Source: Histomonas meleagridis 2922-C6/04-290x
Taxonomy: Eukaryota > Protista > Parabasalia
Direction: 5' to 3'
DNA length: 64,000 nucleotides
Assembly (NCBI GenBank): GCA_020184695.1
Contig: JAANOX010000228.1
Coordinates: 93,443 to 157,442, forward strand
Positions 48,301 to 58,650 of the stretch are shown here, piece by piece; position 1 is the stretch's first letter; each line of letters opens with the position of its first letter. The notes under the pieces were generated by a model that had not been told where the DNA came from, made no database searches, and was given only the letters and a program-made list of their open reading frames with translations. The translations under genes were made by a program, and so were the position numbers.

Positions 48301-49029
48301 ATGTTGACATAAATATATCGACAAAAGGAGTTCAAGACCTGATTGAGCTGCTGATGGTGACTTTGTTGTTAGTGAGAAGTTAATGAGTTTTTGTAAATTG
48401 TCGGGATTAAATAATGGTGATACTATTGGCGATGTCATAACAACAGATCGTGTAAGAAAAAGAATAAGGGTAATGTATTGCTCTTGTAGTGTCTCTGTCT
48501 CAAATAGTCCTTTAAGAAGTAATGAGGTAAGATTTGATTTCTCAAAAAATCTGAATTTAGAACTGGTTTGGGTAGATACAAAATTAATCATAAAGTCATA
48601 AAATGAAAGATATGTAAGATTGTTGAGAAGAGATTGTAGAAATTGAGGGCCATTAACAATTTGATCAAGAAAATCAAATTCTGAAAGAAGAATTAAATGT
48701 TCAAGAATTTTGCAATAAAGGCCACGGATACGAAAGGTGGAAGTAGACGCCCTTAAAGGAAAATCTATTATTAATTTAAGGATTTCAGGATTTGTATTTA
48801 ATATTTGTTCAATTTCAATTGCTTGTGAAAAAACTATAAGTGAAGAAAGTTGCGTAAAGGTCCTAGATGCATTTATTTTTGAATTTAATAAACATTTCAT
48901 AATAACAGACATATTTTCATTTAAAAATTTTAAAAATTCCGGGGTTGGTGATTTTGCTAGAGTTTTGATGTCGTTTTCTTCAAGATAGCTTAAAATATTC
49001 GGAGGTACTTCATTTGGGCTTTCATCCAT
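45364..49029 (-). CDS. SAPS (SIT4/PP6-associated)-like protein with a long acidic repeat insert
   Basis: Helical N-terminal domain and C-terminal YWGHLHQISELI..WENY (SAPS-like), separated by ~700 aa of acidic or disordered sequence. Confidence 0.65.
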   Translation of the reverse strand: MDESPNEVPPNILSYLEENDIKTLAKSPTPEFLKFLNENMSVIMKCLLNSKINASRTFTQLSSLIVFSQAIEIEQILNTNPEILKLIIDFPLRASTSTFRIRGLYCKILEHLILLSEFDFLDQIVNGPQFLQSLLNNLTYLSFYDFMINFVSTQTSSKFRFFEKSNLTSLLLKGLFETETLQEQYITLILFLTRSVVMTSPIVSPLFNPDNLQKLINFSLTTKSPSAAQSGLELLLSIYLCQHGFDKVAIKLINNNSNRIAEYLMSSKDFDSGKQAACSLLCSIIHNVFSPDDSSENSEEEEEDKNTNNLRNNILCDSIDFYNLGPLKENGNKNEEKDQKNMFDIIEEEKNENEETFDVIEEETEIENNVKNKNKLKEIDKQTKSEEKEKENEIQKKETNETLYVIKEETETDKQQKQEETFDVIEEETEPINETKKEQKPEETFDIIKKETDNKQKLEETFDVIEEEPEPINETSQKETDKQQKLEETFDVIEEETEPINETKKEQKPEETFDIIKKETDNKQKLEETFDIIEEEPETKNETKEEQKPEETFDIIKEETDKTDSKQKLEETFDIIKEEPEPIGETPQAETEEGFDIIKKTNETDEQQKIEETFDIIEEEPEPINETSQKETDKQQKIDETFEIIEEEETDSPNSHKEIEIKTETENPKNENKQNETETQTKEVNHSDDHQHSNDSFDINSEHEDATPLKTISKIEAQKSFDSFDLVEEPKTYKSKFKSETISDASDHKTNPLLEQIKPAGTSSDSQTQVEKDLYNSQNETDSDDNVEFDERFPIFHHNNFDSSTPFEEEDDDFSEPVIKKPITRTRFSFTPPASIAQTTTTFFNSIAKNTKRNNNNNVSFPSIPKPANTKRLSTAIVKNKAQIEQRKPTTVHDGSSNSTSKLLTLCDNPMAILLAKNQSNFFSDKSDISTSQNDLFDDLYEDDHDEEYDSYDYQTLNQSPVEKFPKSKFITQNGFAKRRSYSLVSMIPKNQITRSLKDDLYPSSFHNFDLNNKNADEHSEEIISHTHSSELFDSSNCNTNNLCFSIAEVPDESDNSLQITNNNNNNNHLEEEEMNKNEEEEEIGEFIDTAPIINTVVFMIDLFFEKPFLSFLHNSTLEIINTIYQYTDLFSDVMEKSNLGERILNVMDMKNQIMASYWGHLHQISELIDNYESQLKPQMVPKWENYFKNVYTPLEKIIQSNYGGQTPKPSNSPLALNPDL
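47085..48010 (-). repeat. coding tandem repeat, ~14 copies of (E/D)ETFD(V/I)I(E/K)EE
   Basis: Visible in the translation and as near-identical nucleotide blocks. Confidence 0.9.
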
Positions 49030-49522
49030 TTTGGATGTTTGGAGGATCGGTTTTCCGTTGTTTCGATTTAAAAAGAGAAATCAACCGCTTTTTATCGGAG
49101 TTATTCGAACGATAGGAGAAAATAGCCGCCAAAAATATTTACGAGGCAAAACTCGATGTTAATATATTTTCGTTATTATAATCAACTAAAAATTCAGCCG
49201 CCTAAATCCTATATTTACTAATACTTGGAGGTTCTTTCTGATAAATATTATATATTATGCATAAACAAAAAAAATATACATTTCTTAACGATAGAATTAA
49301 GTGAATGAAAAACTATCGTATTCACAATGAAAAACTGGTGATGGCCGAATTCAAATTTATGGGTTTGCTTCATTTTAACGTGCTTTCTCAATATGATATG
49401 AACACTCTTGTGCCGCGAGTTGTACCTGAAATAGTTGTTGATAACTTTACCAATATTTATAAATCTTGATGATGTACATATGCTTATTAATAAATGGTTT
49501 ATATGTTTGATAGTGTCCAACC

Positions 49523-50226
49523 TCAACCCCAGGTACTACCGCCAGATGGAGCTAGTGGTTCACCTTTGTTGCTTACAAAAGTACTCCCTGATGCAGTCCA
49601 ACTATTTGTTGGTCGTTGTTGAGTACTGGGAATGATTGATGCAGCCCGATCACCATGTGGTGATGTTCGATAATTTACTAAAAGCATTTTCTGCTTTCCA
49701 AATTCCACATTATTTTGATTATTGAAGTTTACCACACCCCAATAATTGTCTGAAGATTGATTAATAATTTTACCACGTTTGTTATTTAGATCTTCTTCCT
49801 TAAGGGAATAAACAATTTGGGAATTTGAATTTTTAGACGCATACATTAGTGCTGTTTTATGTATTTTAAATAATTACCAAATATTATTATCTAATATTAT
49901 GAAAATAAAATAAACCACATATAAAATAAAATAATATCTTTGGTATTTTTATCGATTCCTTTTTGCTTAAGAAGTAATATTGCTATATTTGTATGACCTT
50001 CAACACAAGTATAAATCAATGCTGTTTTAAATCATTATAATAAAAATCATATATTATTTTGAAACATAAAAAACATAAAACAAGCGCATAATATGTGAAA
50101 TATACATCCTTTGCATCGATATCACTTACTTCTTGTTCAAGAAGTAATTTAACTATTTCTCTATAACCATATCTAGATGCAAAAATAAGGGCAGCACAAA
50201 ATAGTTTATATTATTACCAAATATTA
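49523..50226 (-). pseudogene. ankyrin-repeat locus ANK-4 (three repeats, two 77-nt spacers), truncated by the mariner
   Basis: CAALIFASRYGYREIVKLLLEQEVSDIDAKD / 50105-50029 / KTALIYTCVEGHTNIAILLLKQKGIDKNTKD / 49935-49859 / KTALMYASKN, which runs into the 49523..49846 ORF. Confidence 0.75.
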
Positions 50227-50228
50227 TA

Positions 50229-51309
50229 GGGGGACGGAAATGTTTTATCCTAAATTTAATAAAATCGAAATAAAAGATTTTAATTATTTTTTTTAGGTTT
50301 ACTTATGATAGTAGTTACCTTTGTTCTTTATCACCCATTGACATCTTTCAATCCATTCTTCAAAAACTTTTGCTAAATTATCCTTTGAAATTTCACACAA
50401 AATTTCAGTTATTTTATCGTGCAATTGTTGAAAATCATCGAATTTTTCTCCTTCTAGTTGATTTTTTAAAAAACCAAATAAAAAGAAATCTGAAGGAGCA
50501 AGATCTGGTGCATATGGTGGCTGTGGAGCTCTTATAAAACCATTATCAACCAAAAATTTAGTTGAAGCATTAGAGGTATGGGGAGATGCATTATCGAAAT
50601 GTAAAACATATGGGTTTTCATTGGGCTTTTTTCTTTGTGGGTATACAATTTGCTTCAAGGGTTTAATTATATTATTAATAAAATACTTTGATTTAAATTT
50701 TTCACCATCTTTCATAATATCAACTATAAAGAATTGATCAATATTCCAAAAGATAGTTACCATATATTTTATCATGTCAATTTTTGTATCGATAATTTCA
50801 GGTAAATTATCTCTTGATTGTGACCACATATGCTTGTGATCATATGATAAGAAAAACCATGATTCATCCCCGATTATGATTCTATGGAAACCTTTTCTCT
50901 TACTAACTTTTAAGATATCAAGAAGCTCAGTTGCTTTTTCGCACTCTTTCTTCTTTCATTTCACATGTCAGTTCATATGGAACCACTCTTAAATTATTAT
51001 AATTATGGAAGCCTAATTTATTGAGGTGATCATTTATGGTGGATCGTGGTATAGATAAGGCTTCACTTAATGTATATGTCGAATGAAATGGTTCCATTCC
51101 GAGTGCAGCCAAAATTTTTGAATCAATGAAATCAAGTACTGGTCTTCCTGGATCTTGAATGTTTGTTATTTCAGATCTCCCTAATTTAAATTGATGCACC
51201 CAATATTTTATGGTATTAATATCAAGTGCATCTTGGTGATAAACATCATCTAACTCTTGTTTAATTTGGCTGAGTTTAAAGCCTTTTCTTTTCAGGAAAA
51301 ATATGACTT
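50229..51309 (-). mobile_element. mariner (DD34D) transposon, frameshifted and interrupted at 51309/51310
   Basis: VIFFLKRKG..DPGRP (HTH), NLRVVPYELT, IGDESW, HFDNASPH and PYAPDLAPSD with 34-residue D-D spacing. TA at 50227-28 precedes the putative TIR GGGGGACGGAAATG. Confidence 0.9.
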
Positions 51310-51410
51310 ACACACACACACAGCACAACTTCACTTCGTTTCATTGTGCACTTCGCTCCGCTCGGTGTGTGTTCTCAGCTCACTCGCGTTCGCTTCGAAG
51401 AATAAAGTTT
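51310..51410 (+). repeat. structured element terminus: (AC)6 plus nested inverted repeats
   Basis: ACACACAC pairs with GTGTGTGT (51365-72) and GCACAA (51323-28) with TTGTGC (51344-49). CTTCG motifs recur. Confidence 0.7.
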
Positions 51411-51453
51411 ACTTTCAAATAACAACAATTTCAAATAAATAATATGTTAGAAA

Positions 51454-51786
51454 TGTAACTGTTACAAGTTACATATGTGCTACGCACAACATTCAAATGG
51501 TAATAGGAAAACCTCTAAAATTCCCTATACTTTTTGTAGTGTAACATTGTAACATTTGTAACCTGTAAATAAATCAATATAGATAATAAAGTATAATAAA
51601 GTATAAGGGATTTCAAAAATAGACGTTACAGACGTTACAAAAGTTACACTAATAATAAAGGAAATAATGATGAAATTTATAGTACTTTTGATACAAAAAT
51701 AATGGTAGCTACAGGTTACAGAAGTTACAAGCTACAGGTTACAGAAGTTACAGAAGTTACAGAAGCTACAGATTACAGAAGTTACA
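51454..51786. promoter_or_regulatory. GTTACA/TGTAAC iteron array, putative replication origin
   Basis: 15 exact hexamers plus variants, arranged in opposed clusters around an AT-rich spacer upstream of the helicase. Confidence 0.6.
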
Positions 51787-51807
51787 AAAATAATCTCAAA
51801 ATAATTT

Positions 51808-53327
51808 ATGAATAAATGTATCTCCAAAAAAGTATATGTTTATAAAATTTTAACATTATTTTTATTTGTAGCAAAAGATATGACAACCGTTACAGAACAA
51901 AAGTTAACATTTGATGACGTTAAAAATACTACAATTGATATAAATGATAAATTAAATTTAATGGATATTCGTAAAAAATGTCCATATGATTTAAATAAAT
52001 TAGATGTATTAGTTGATATTAAAAAATGCTTTGTAGTATGCGATTCAACGCCAGAAGTCTTTATGTTTAAAGATTATGACGGCTTAAATAATTGTGTTAA
52101 AGTTAGTTATACTAATGAGAAAATTGCTATGAGTAAATTAAAAAAGATTATTGTCGGCAATAGAATTGAAGGCAAAAAACAAAATCAATAAATGCTCGGG
52201 ATTTATACTTAGAAAATACATTATTATTTACTGTTAAAGCATTAAAATTTTATTTTTATGATTCTGAAAAATACAGTTATTTTAGAGGTTATGATTATAA
52301 TAATTTAGATGAAGTTAAACAAGAAATTATACAACCGTTTTTAGATCATGTATTAGAAGTAATATGTGATAATAACCGAGAAATTTATAAATATATATTA
52401 ATATGGATAGCATCAATAATATTACAAAAACCCAATTTTAAAACAGGTATAGCTATTGTTATACTCGGTAATCAAGGAGTTGGAAAAAATACATTTTTCA
52501 CTGATATTATTTGTAAATTAATGGCCAGATATGCTAATAATAAAAATGTTACCAATATTGAAAATATTGTCGGTAAGTTTAATGCTACATTAGAAAATAA
52601 GAAATTATTAGTATTAAATGAATTACAAAATATAGATACTAATAAGTTTTTAAACTCTGATGCATTAAAATCAATTATTACTGATGATACTATTAATATT
52701 AATCAAAAAAATGCACCTATAAGAACAGTTGAAAATGTGGCTAATTTCTTTATGGTTTCTAATAACGATATCCCAATTAAAATTGATAATGATGATAGAA
52801 GATATTTAGTAATTACAGCTTCAAATAAACATAAACAAGACTTTTATTATTTCATCAATTTATATAATACATTTACTCCTGAGTTCTATGAAAACTTATT
52901 TACATTCTTTATGATGATGAATACAACTAAAGTTAATCTCAGAAATATACCTAATACTGAGGCTAAAGACAATATTAAAGAAGCCTCTATGTCATCATAT
53001 GAAATATTTGTTAGAGATAATTATGATAAAATTAATAATATCACAGGACCTAATTTATTTAAATTATATTGTGAATTTGTAGATCAAAATAGATTTAATA
53101 GTTGTTCATCTAAAACATTTATAGCTAATATTAAAAAATATACTGGTCAATCTATTTGTGTAAGAGTTAATGGTAAAGTAGAAAAAGTATATTGTTTAAA
53201 GGATGAATATTATAATGAATATAAAGCTTATCATGATAAATTAGTTGAGTCCTGCACAGAAGAAATTAATGATGATTTGTATATTGCACATAAACAATTA
53301 GAAGAGTTAATGAATACTGAACTATAA
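51808..53327 (+). pseudogene. D5-like/DUF5906 superfamily-3 helicase, frameshifted
   Basis: Walker A GNQGVGKNT (52467-52493), Walker B LLVLNEL, motif C VSNN and DDRRY. Broken frames lie between 52190 and 52420. Confidence 0.85.
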
Positions 53328-53485
53328 AAAGCAATATAATTTAATCTAAAGTTATCGTAATTATAAACTGTTCAAAAATAATATGTCAAAGTATTGTTTT
53401 TATAAGTATTATTTTTATAAGTATTGTTTTTAAAAAAAACATCGTTTATAAAATTTTTTAATTTTTTTTTATTCTACTATATATC

Positions 53486-54052
53486 ATGAGTGCTGATGGC
53501 CAATGGGTTAGTTGCGTTGTTGATTCTGATTACGAAATATGTAATCAATATCCTTATCAAATAAGAAGAAAATCAAATAAAAAGATTATCAAAGAACACT
53601 TGAATTGTGATTATATCAAATGCTATTTAAATAAAAAACTATATTTGAAACATAGAATAATTGCATTACAATTCATACCAAATGATGATCCTGACAATAA
53701 ATTAGAAATTGATCATATTAATCATATTAGATCTGATAATAGATTAATTAATTTACGTTGGGTTTCTAGTAGTGATAATAATAAAAATAAATCATCACAT
53801 AAAGGATATGAATATGTTGATGATATTGATGACGATTGTATTTTAGTTGATGTATATGGAAAGTATAGTTTTGAAAATTATTATTATAATGATAAAGAAG
53901 ATGTATTTTATTACTATAACGGAATCAATTACAGAAAACTAAAAATAAATTATACAAAATATAATAAAGCATTTGTTTATGCAAGAGATATAAATAATAA
54001 GCAAGTAAAAGTTTATTATTCAATTTTTAAAAAGCAATATAATTTAATCTAA
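53486..54052 (+). CDS. HNH endonuclease (HNH_3 type)
   Basis: LKHRIIALQFIPN..EIDHINHIRSDNRLINLRWVSSSDNNKN. Confidence 0.9.
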   Translation: MSADGQWVSCVVDSDYEICNQYPYQIRRKSNKKIIKEHLNCDYIKCYLNKKLYLKHRIIALQFIPNDDPDNKLEIDHINHIRSDNRLINLRWVSSSDNNKNKSSHKGYEYVDDIDDDCILVDVYGKYSFENYYYNDKEDVFYYYNGINYRKLKINYTKYNKAFVYARDINNKQVKVYYSIFKKQYNLI

Positions 54053-54490
54053 AGTTATTAATATATGTTATAATTAATATTTTTCTTCACCAGAACATAT
54101 AGTTATTTCATTTTTGTTTGGATCAAACATTAGTATGAAACGTCCTTTAGACATATTTGTTAACGGTTCTTTTATTTTTATATTAATATTATCATGTATA
54201 TCATACGGTATTAAACCTAATTTTTTAGACTTTTTTAAAATATTGCTTTTAGCAATTATAACATATTTATATATTACTAAGTCCTCAATATAAAAATTGA
54301 TTAAATCATCGTGAAAAAATATAACCTAAAAAAAGTCTCAAAATGACCATTTTGCTCAAAAGTGACCATTTTATCTGGCAATGTTGCCGGATCCGACAAT
54401 GAACAAAAAAACACTATAAAAATAGCTTAAATCATCGTACTTCTAATACATACTCTTTATATAATCATTTAACTAAAACACTATATAAAA

Positions 54491-57400
54491 CTAAATTTTA
54501 AAAACGGCTACTGTATTATTATCAATTATTGAAGTTATTTTTCCTATAATCATACTGTTTATTTTTGTTGTTAATACAGTATCATCATCTAAAATACTGC
54601 CGTCATATAAAACTATGTCACCAATATTATATTTACTGCTATCATTAACTTTAAAATAATAATCACCATGAGTAGCAAAATCTATAGTATTTTGATTAAT
54701 ACTAATATCTTGTTTTATAGTATCACCTATTTGAAAAACACTGTTAGCAATATGTTTATCAACACATATTCCTATAAACTCTTTATAAGAACCTGTACTT
54801 TTAACAGAAGGTATACAGTTAGTAGAATCTGTTGTAGAAATATACTTATTAACATTATTTTTGCCGTTTAATTTATACACATTCCCTGTTATAAATACAG
54901 GTTTTCCAATAGTAAAATTATCAATATTTTCATCAATAGGGCAGTTATGCGTAATAGTTTTATTAATTTGACCTCCACCTTCTGCTGAAATAATTGCTTT
55001 TCTATAAGTATCATTAGAATAATGCCAAAATCCTAATTCATTTTGATAAGAAGTTATTCTCCAAGTATATGTTCCTGGTGCTTCTGTTGATTGATCATGA
55101 TATACAAAATCTAAAAATCTACCTGTTTTTAATACAGCATTTTGATAAGGAACTATATCACTTGGTTCATGAGTATGACTCGTTAATGCTAAATTATTTA
55201 AGTTAATTCCGTTAACAGTATTACAATTTATATTACCGTTACTGTTAAAAGTAATTGATCCAGAACCGTTTCTTTTAAACTCTAATGAATCAGTAGATGT
55301 TATTCTCCAAGAGTAATCACTGTTAAATTCATTATTATCATGAAAATCTATATAACAACCTACTTCCATAACACCGTCTGTTTTAACAGTAGCTATACAA
55401 GGCAATGTGTTTAAATAATTTCCTGCTGAAGAACCGTTATTCAAATAATAATTATTAATTTTACCGTTAACAGTTAAGTCGTTATTTATAGTATTATGAG
55501 TATGATTTATTAAAGAATATTTATCATCATGATTATGTGTTGTTAAAGAGAAGTTATCAACAGGTATATTATTAATATAATTTACTTCTAAATTACCATA
55601 TATTTTTAAATCGTTATTTATAGTGTTGTGAGTATGATTTTTCTAAGAATATTTATCGTCATGATTATGATCTATTAAAGCATATTTTTCATCATGATTA
55701 TGAGAACTTGGCGGAAAAGTTGTTGGTTTATCAGTAATATCATTATAACTATGAGTATGATTTATTAAAGAATATTTATCGTCATGATTATGTGTTGTTA
55801 AAGAAATATTATTAGTATCAATTCCGTTAATAGAATTACAACTAATATTACCGTTTTTATATATACTTACATAATTACCGTCACAAGTTTTAAATCTTAA
55901 ACAAGTATCAATATTATCATCAGAACCTACGTAATGTTCTATTACACTACAATCATCTCCATATGGTAATACACCTATTTCCATTCTGATAGAATTACCT
56001 GTTACTGCATTAGATCTATAAATGAATAATCCTTGATAAATATTTGTATCATCTGGATATTTGCTGCAATCAATATTGATATTACGTTTTGATGTTAATA
56101 TTCTGCAGGAAATATCATTATCTACTAATAAATCTTGTTCAACCTTTGTCCAAACGCCGTATTCATTATAAGAAATTCCTGTTAAAGCCTTATTTATATC
56201 AGTTAAATTATCATTAGTTAAATACTGATCATGAGTATGATTTATTAATGAAAAATTATCAACAGGTATATTGTTAACAGAATTAACTTCTATATTACCG
56301 GTACAAATAGCACTGTCAACAGTTATGTTGCCGTTAACTTTTAAATCTTGATTTATATCAGTATATATTTCATAGATATCTTCTTCCTCAGTAGTTTCTA
56401 ATATAATCCTTATTATAACTAATTCCTGTTAACTTGTTATTTATGTTAAATATATCATTACTAATAACAGATAATTCATCTAAATCAATGCCGTTAATAT
56501 TATTACATTCTATATCACCATTTATTTTTAAATTTTGATTTATATTAGTATATATTTCAAAAACATCCTCTTCCTCCTCTTCTTCATTAATAATTGTCTC
56601 AACATAATCCTTATGATAAGTAATTCCTGTATAATTATTTAAATCAGAGCTTATTAAGTAATTATCATGAGTATGATTTATAAAACGTTTATATATCTGA
56701 CAGTCAACTAATAACATACCTAATTCATTAGTTCTCTGTCCTTTAGAAACATCTTTATAATAATATTTTAAGTTCTTAAATATAGTATTCATTTCAGGAA
56801 ACAGATTTATTAAATAGTTATATTCATTAAAGTTATTATCGATATCAGTATCGTCAGGACCTTCTAAATCATCTAAATTTTCATCAGTTGATATATCATA
56901 TTCATCAAATACAACAGATCTTAATGTAGGTATAGGTATATAACCCCTGGCTCCTGTAAACACATTTTTTAATCTGCTAATTAACGACATAGCCCAAGAA
57001 CTGTTTTTAATACTGTTATATACTTTACTTGCCAGTTCAGCAAATTCAGCTAATGACATAGCAAAAGAAAAGGCATCTAATAAGTATTCTAGCCAGTTCT
57101 TTTTATATCCTTCACCATCTTCTCCAGGTGCTCCTGTTAATAATTCTTGTATCTCATCATCATCTATAATCATTTGTTTTGTTAAATAGTATTCTGATGT
57201 TAATACTCCATCAACATTAACTATACCATAAGTATGTCCAGAATCTTCTAACATAATACTATTACCGTTAGGAAAATTAATTAATATATTGTTTTCAGTA
57301 ATTCCTTCATCAGTTGTATTATCATAAGTTGATATATTAACGCCGTTTTCAAATAATATTACATCAGAAATAGTTAAAATACCGTCTTCAATAAGTGCTA

Positions 57401-58631
57401 TATTATTAGTATCAATTTCATTAATTTTACCGTTAACGATAAGATCCTGATTAATTAATGTATATTTTTCATAAATATCCTCTTCTTCCTCAATATTTTC
57501 TAATAATTCTTCGTTATAATATATACCTGTAGTATTGTAATGAGTATGATTATTTAATGAAAAATCGTTAACAGATATATTATTAATACTATTTGTTGTT
57601 ATATTGCCGTTGACAGTTAAATCTTGATCAATATTAGTATATATTTCGTAAATATCTTCTTCTTCGTTGTTGTCGTTAATAATTGTTTCTATATAATCTT
57701 TATTATAAGTAATACCTGTTAATTTATTGTTAATATTTTCTAATTCAGCATTTGTTAAATAATCACTGTGAACATGATTTATTAAAGCATATTTATCATC
57801 ATGATTATGAGTTGTTAAAGATATATTGTCAGTATTAATTCCGTTAACAGAAGTACATGTAATATTACCGTTATTACTGAAACTTATTGTCGAACCTCCT
57901 TTTGCTTGAAAACTTAATGTACTTGTAACAGCTCTTATTCTCCAAGTGTTATCACCGTCATTATTATAATGAAAATCAATATATTGACCTACTTCCATAA
58001 CGCCGTCTGTTTTAACAGTAGCTATACAAGGAATTGTTATTGTTGAATTAGATCCTCCTCCAGCACTGTTTAAAATATAATAATCATTAATTTTACCGTT
58101 AACAGTAATATCATTATTAAATATATTATGAGTATGATCTATTAAAGAATATTTGTCATCATGATTATGATCTTTTAAAGAATACCTGTCGTCATGAGTA
58201 TGATCTTTTAAAGCGAAATCTTCTGTAGAATAGCCGTTAATAGTTTCTATCAATAAATTACTTATACTGACGTTATTATTATCAACATTTATTTTAACAA
58301 ATTCTTTGTATGAAGTCAATACTTTATCAATATCACTAAACATTTGTTTTAAATAAGCATTATTCATAATATTTGATCCTGTAATAATATCACTTACTAA
58401 AATATCATTTATTAAAACAAGATTTTTAATGCTGTTATCTAAAGGATTAATTATTATATGATTTCTTCCGTAAGTAAATATAAATGATTTATCTATACTA
58501 TTAATTGTTAATGAACATATACCGTTACTAATAGTATCTGCTGTTTTACTGTGATTAGAATATACAACACTATTTTTATTTAATAATGATTTTACAACGT
58601 TTTCAATTCTGTCAATCCTATTATTTAACAT
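54491..58631 (-). pseudogene. ~1380-aa phage-tail-fibre-like protein split by one +1 shift (~56400) and one TAG (55643-45)
   Basis: The 747, 113 and 317 aa ORFs join after those two lesions. It carries at least 15 HxH motifs, ITDKPTTFPPSSHNHD, and a duplicated module IPCIATVKTDGVMEVG.YIDFH..WRI. Confidence 0.7.
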
Positions 58632-58650
58632 ATTTTATTATAATTAAATA

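Noticed and set aside
46905-48383. Many overlapping plus-strand ORFs
   Set aside because: They are antisense shadows of the Glu/Lys-rich repeat in the SAPS-like gene.
50022-50105. Canonical GTATAT..AAACAG intron in ANK-4
   Set aside because: Splicing gives GAT CAT TGA (frameshift and stop), and the other spacers have no GT at that position.
54337-54372. Twin CTCAAAA(G)TGACCATTTT palindromic repeat
   Set aside because: It is a real short tandem repeat, but with two copies and no context it cannot be assigned a function.
12569-56400. Programmed frameshifting or a variant genetic code to explain broken ORFs
   Set aside because: Intact genes end normally at TAA/TGA. Several breaks lie in homopolymers (12569-80, ~39235, ~50935), consistent with decay or sequencing error.
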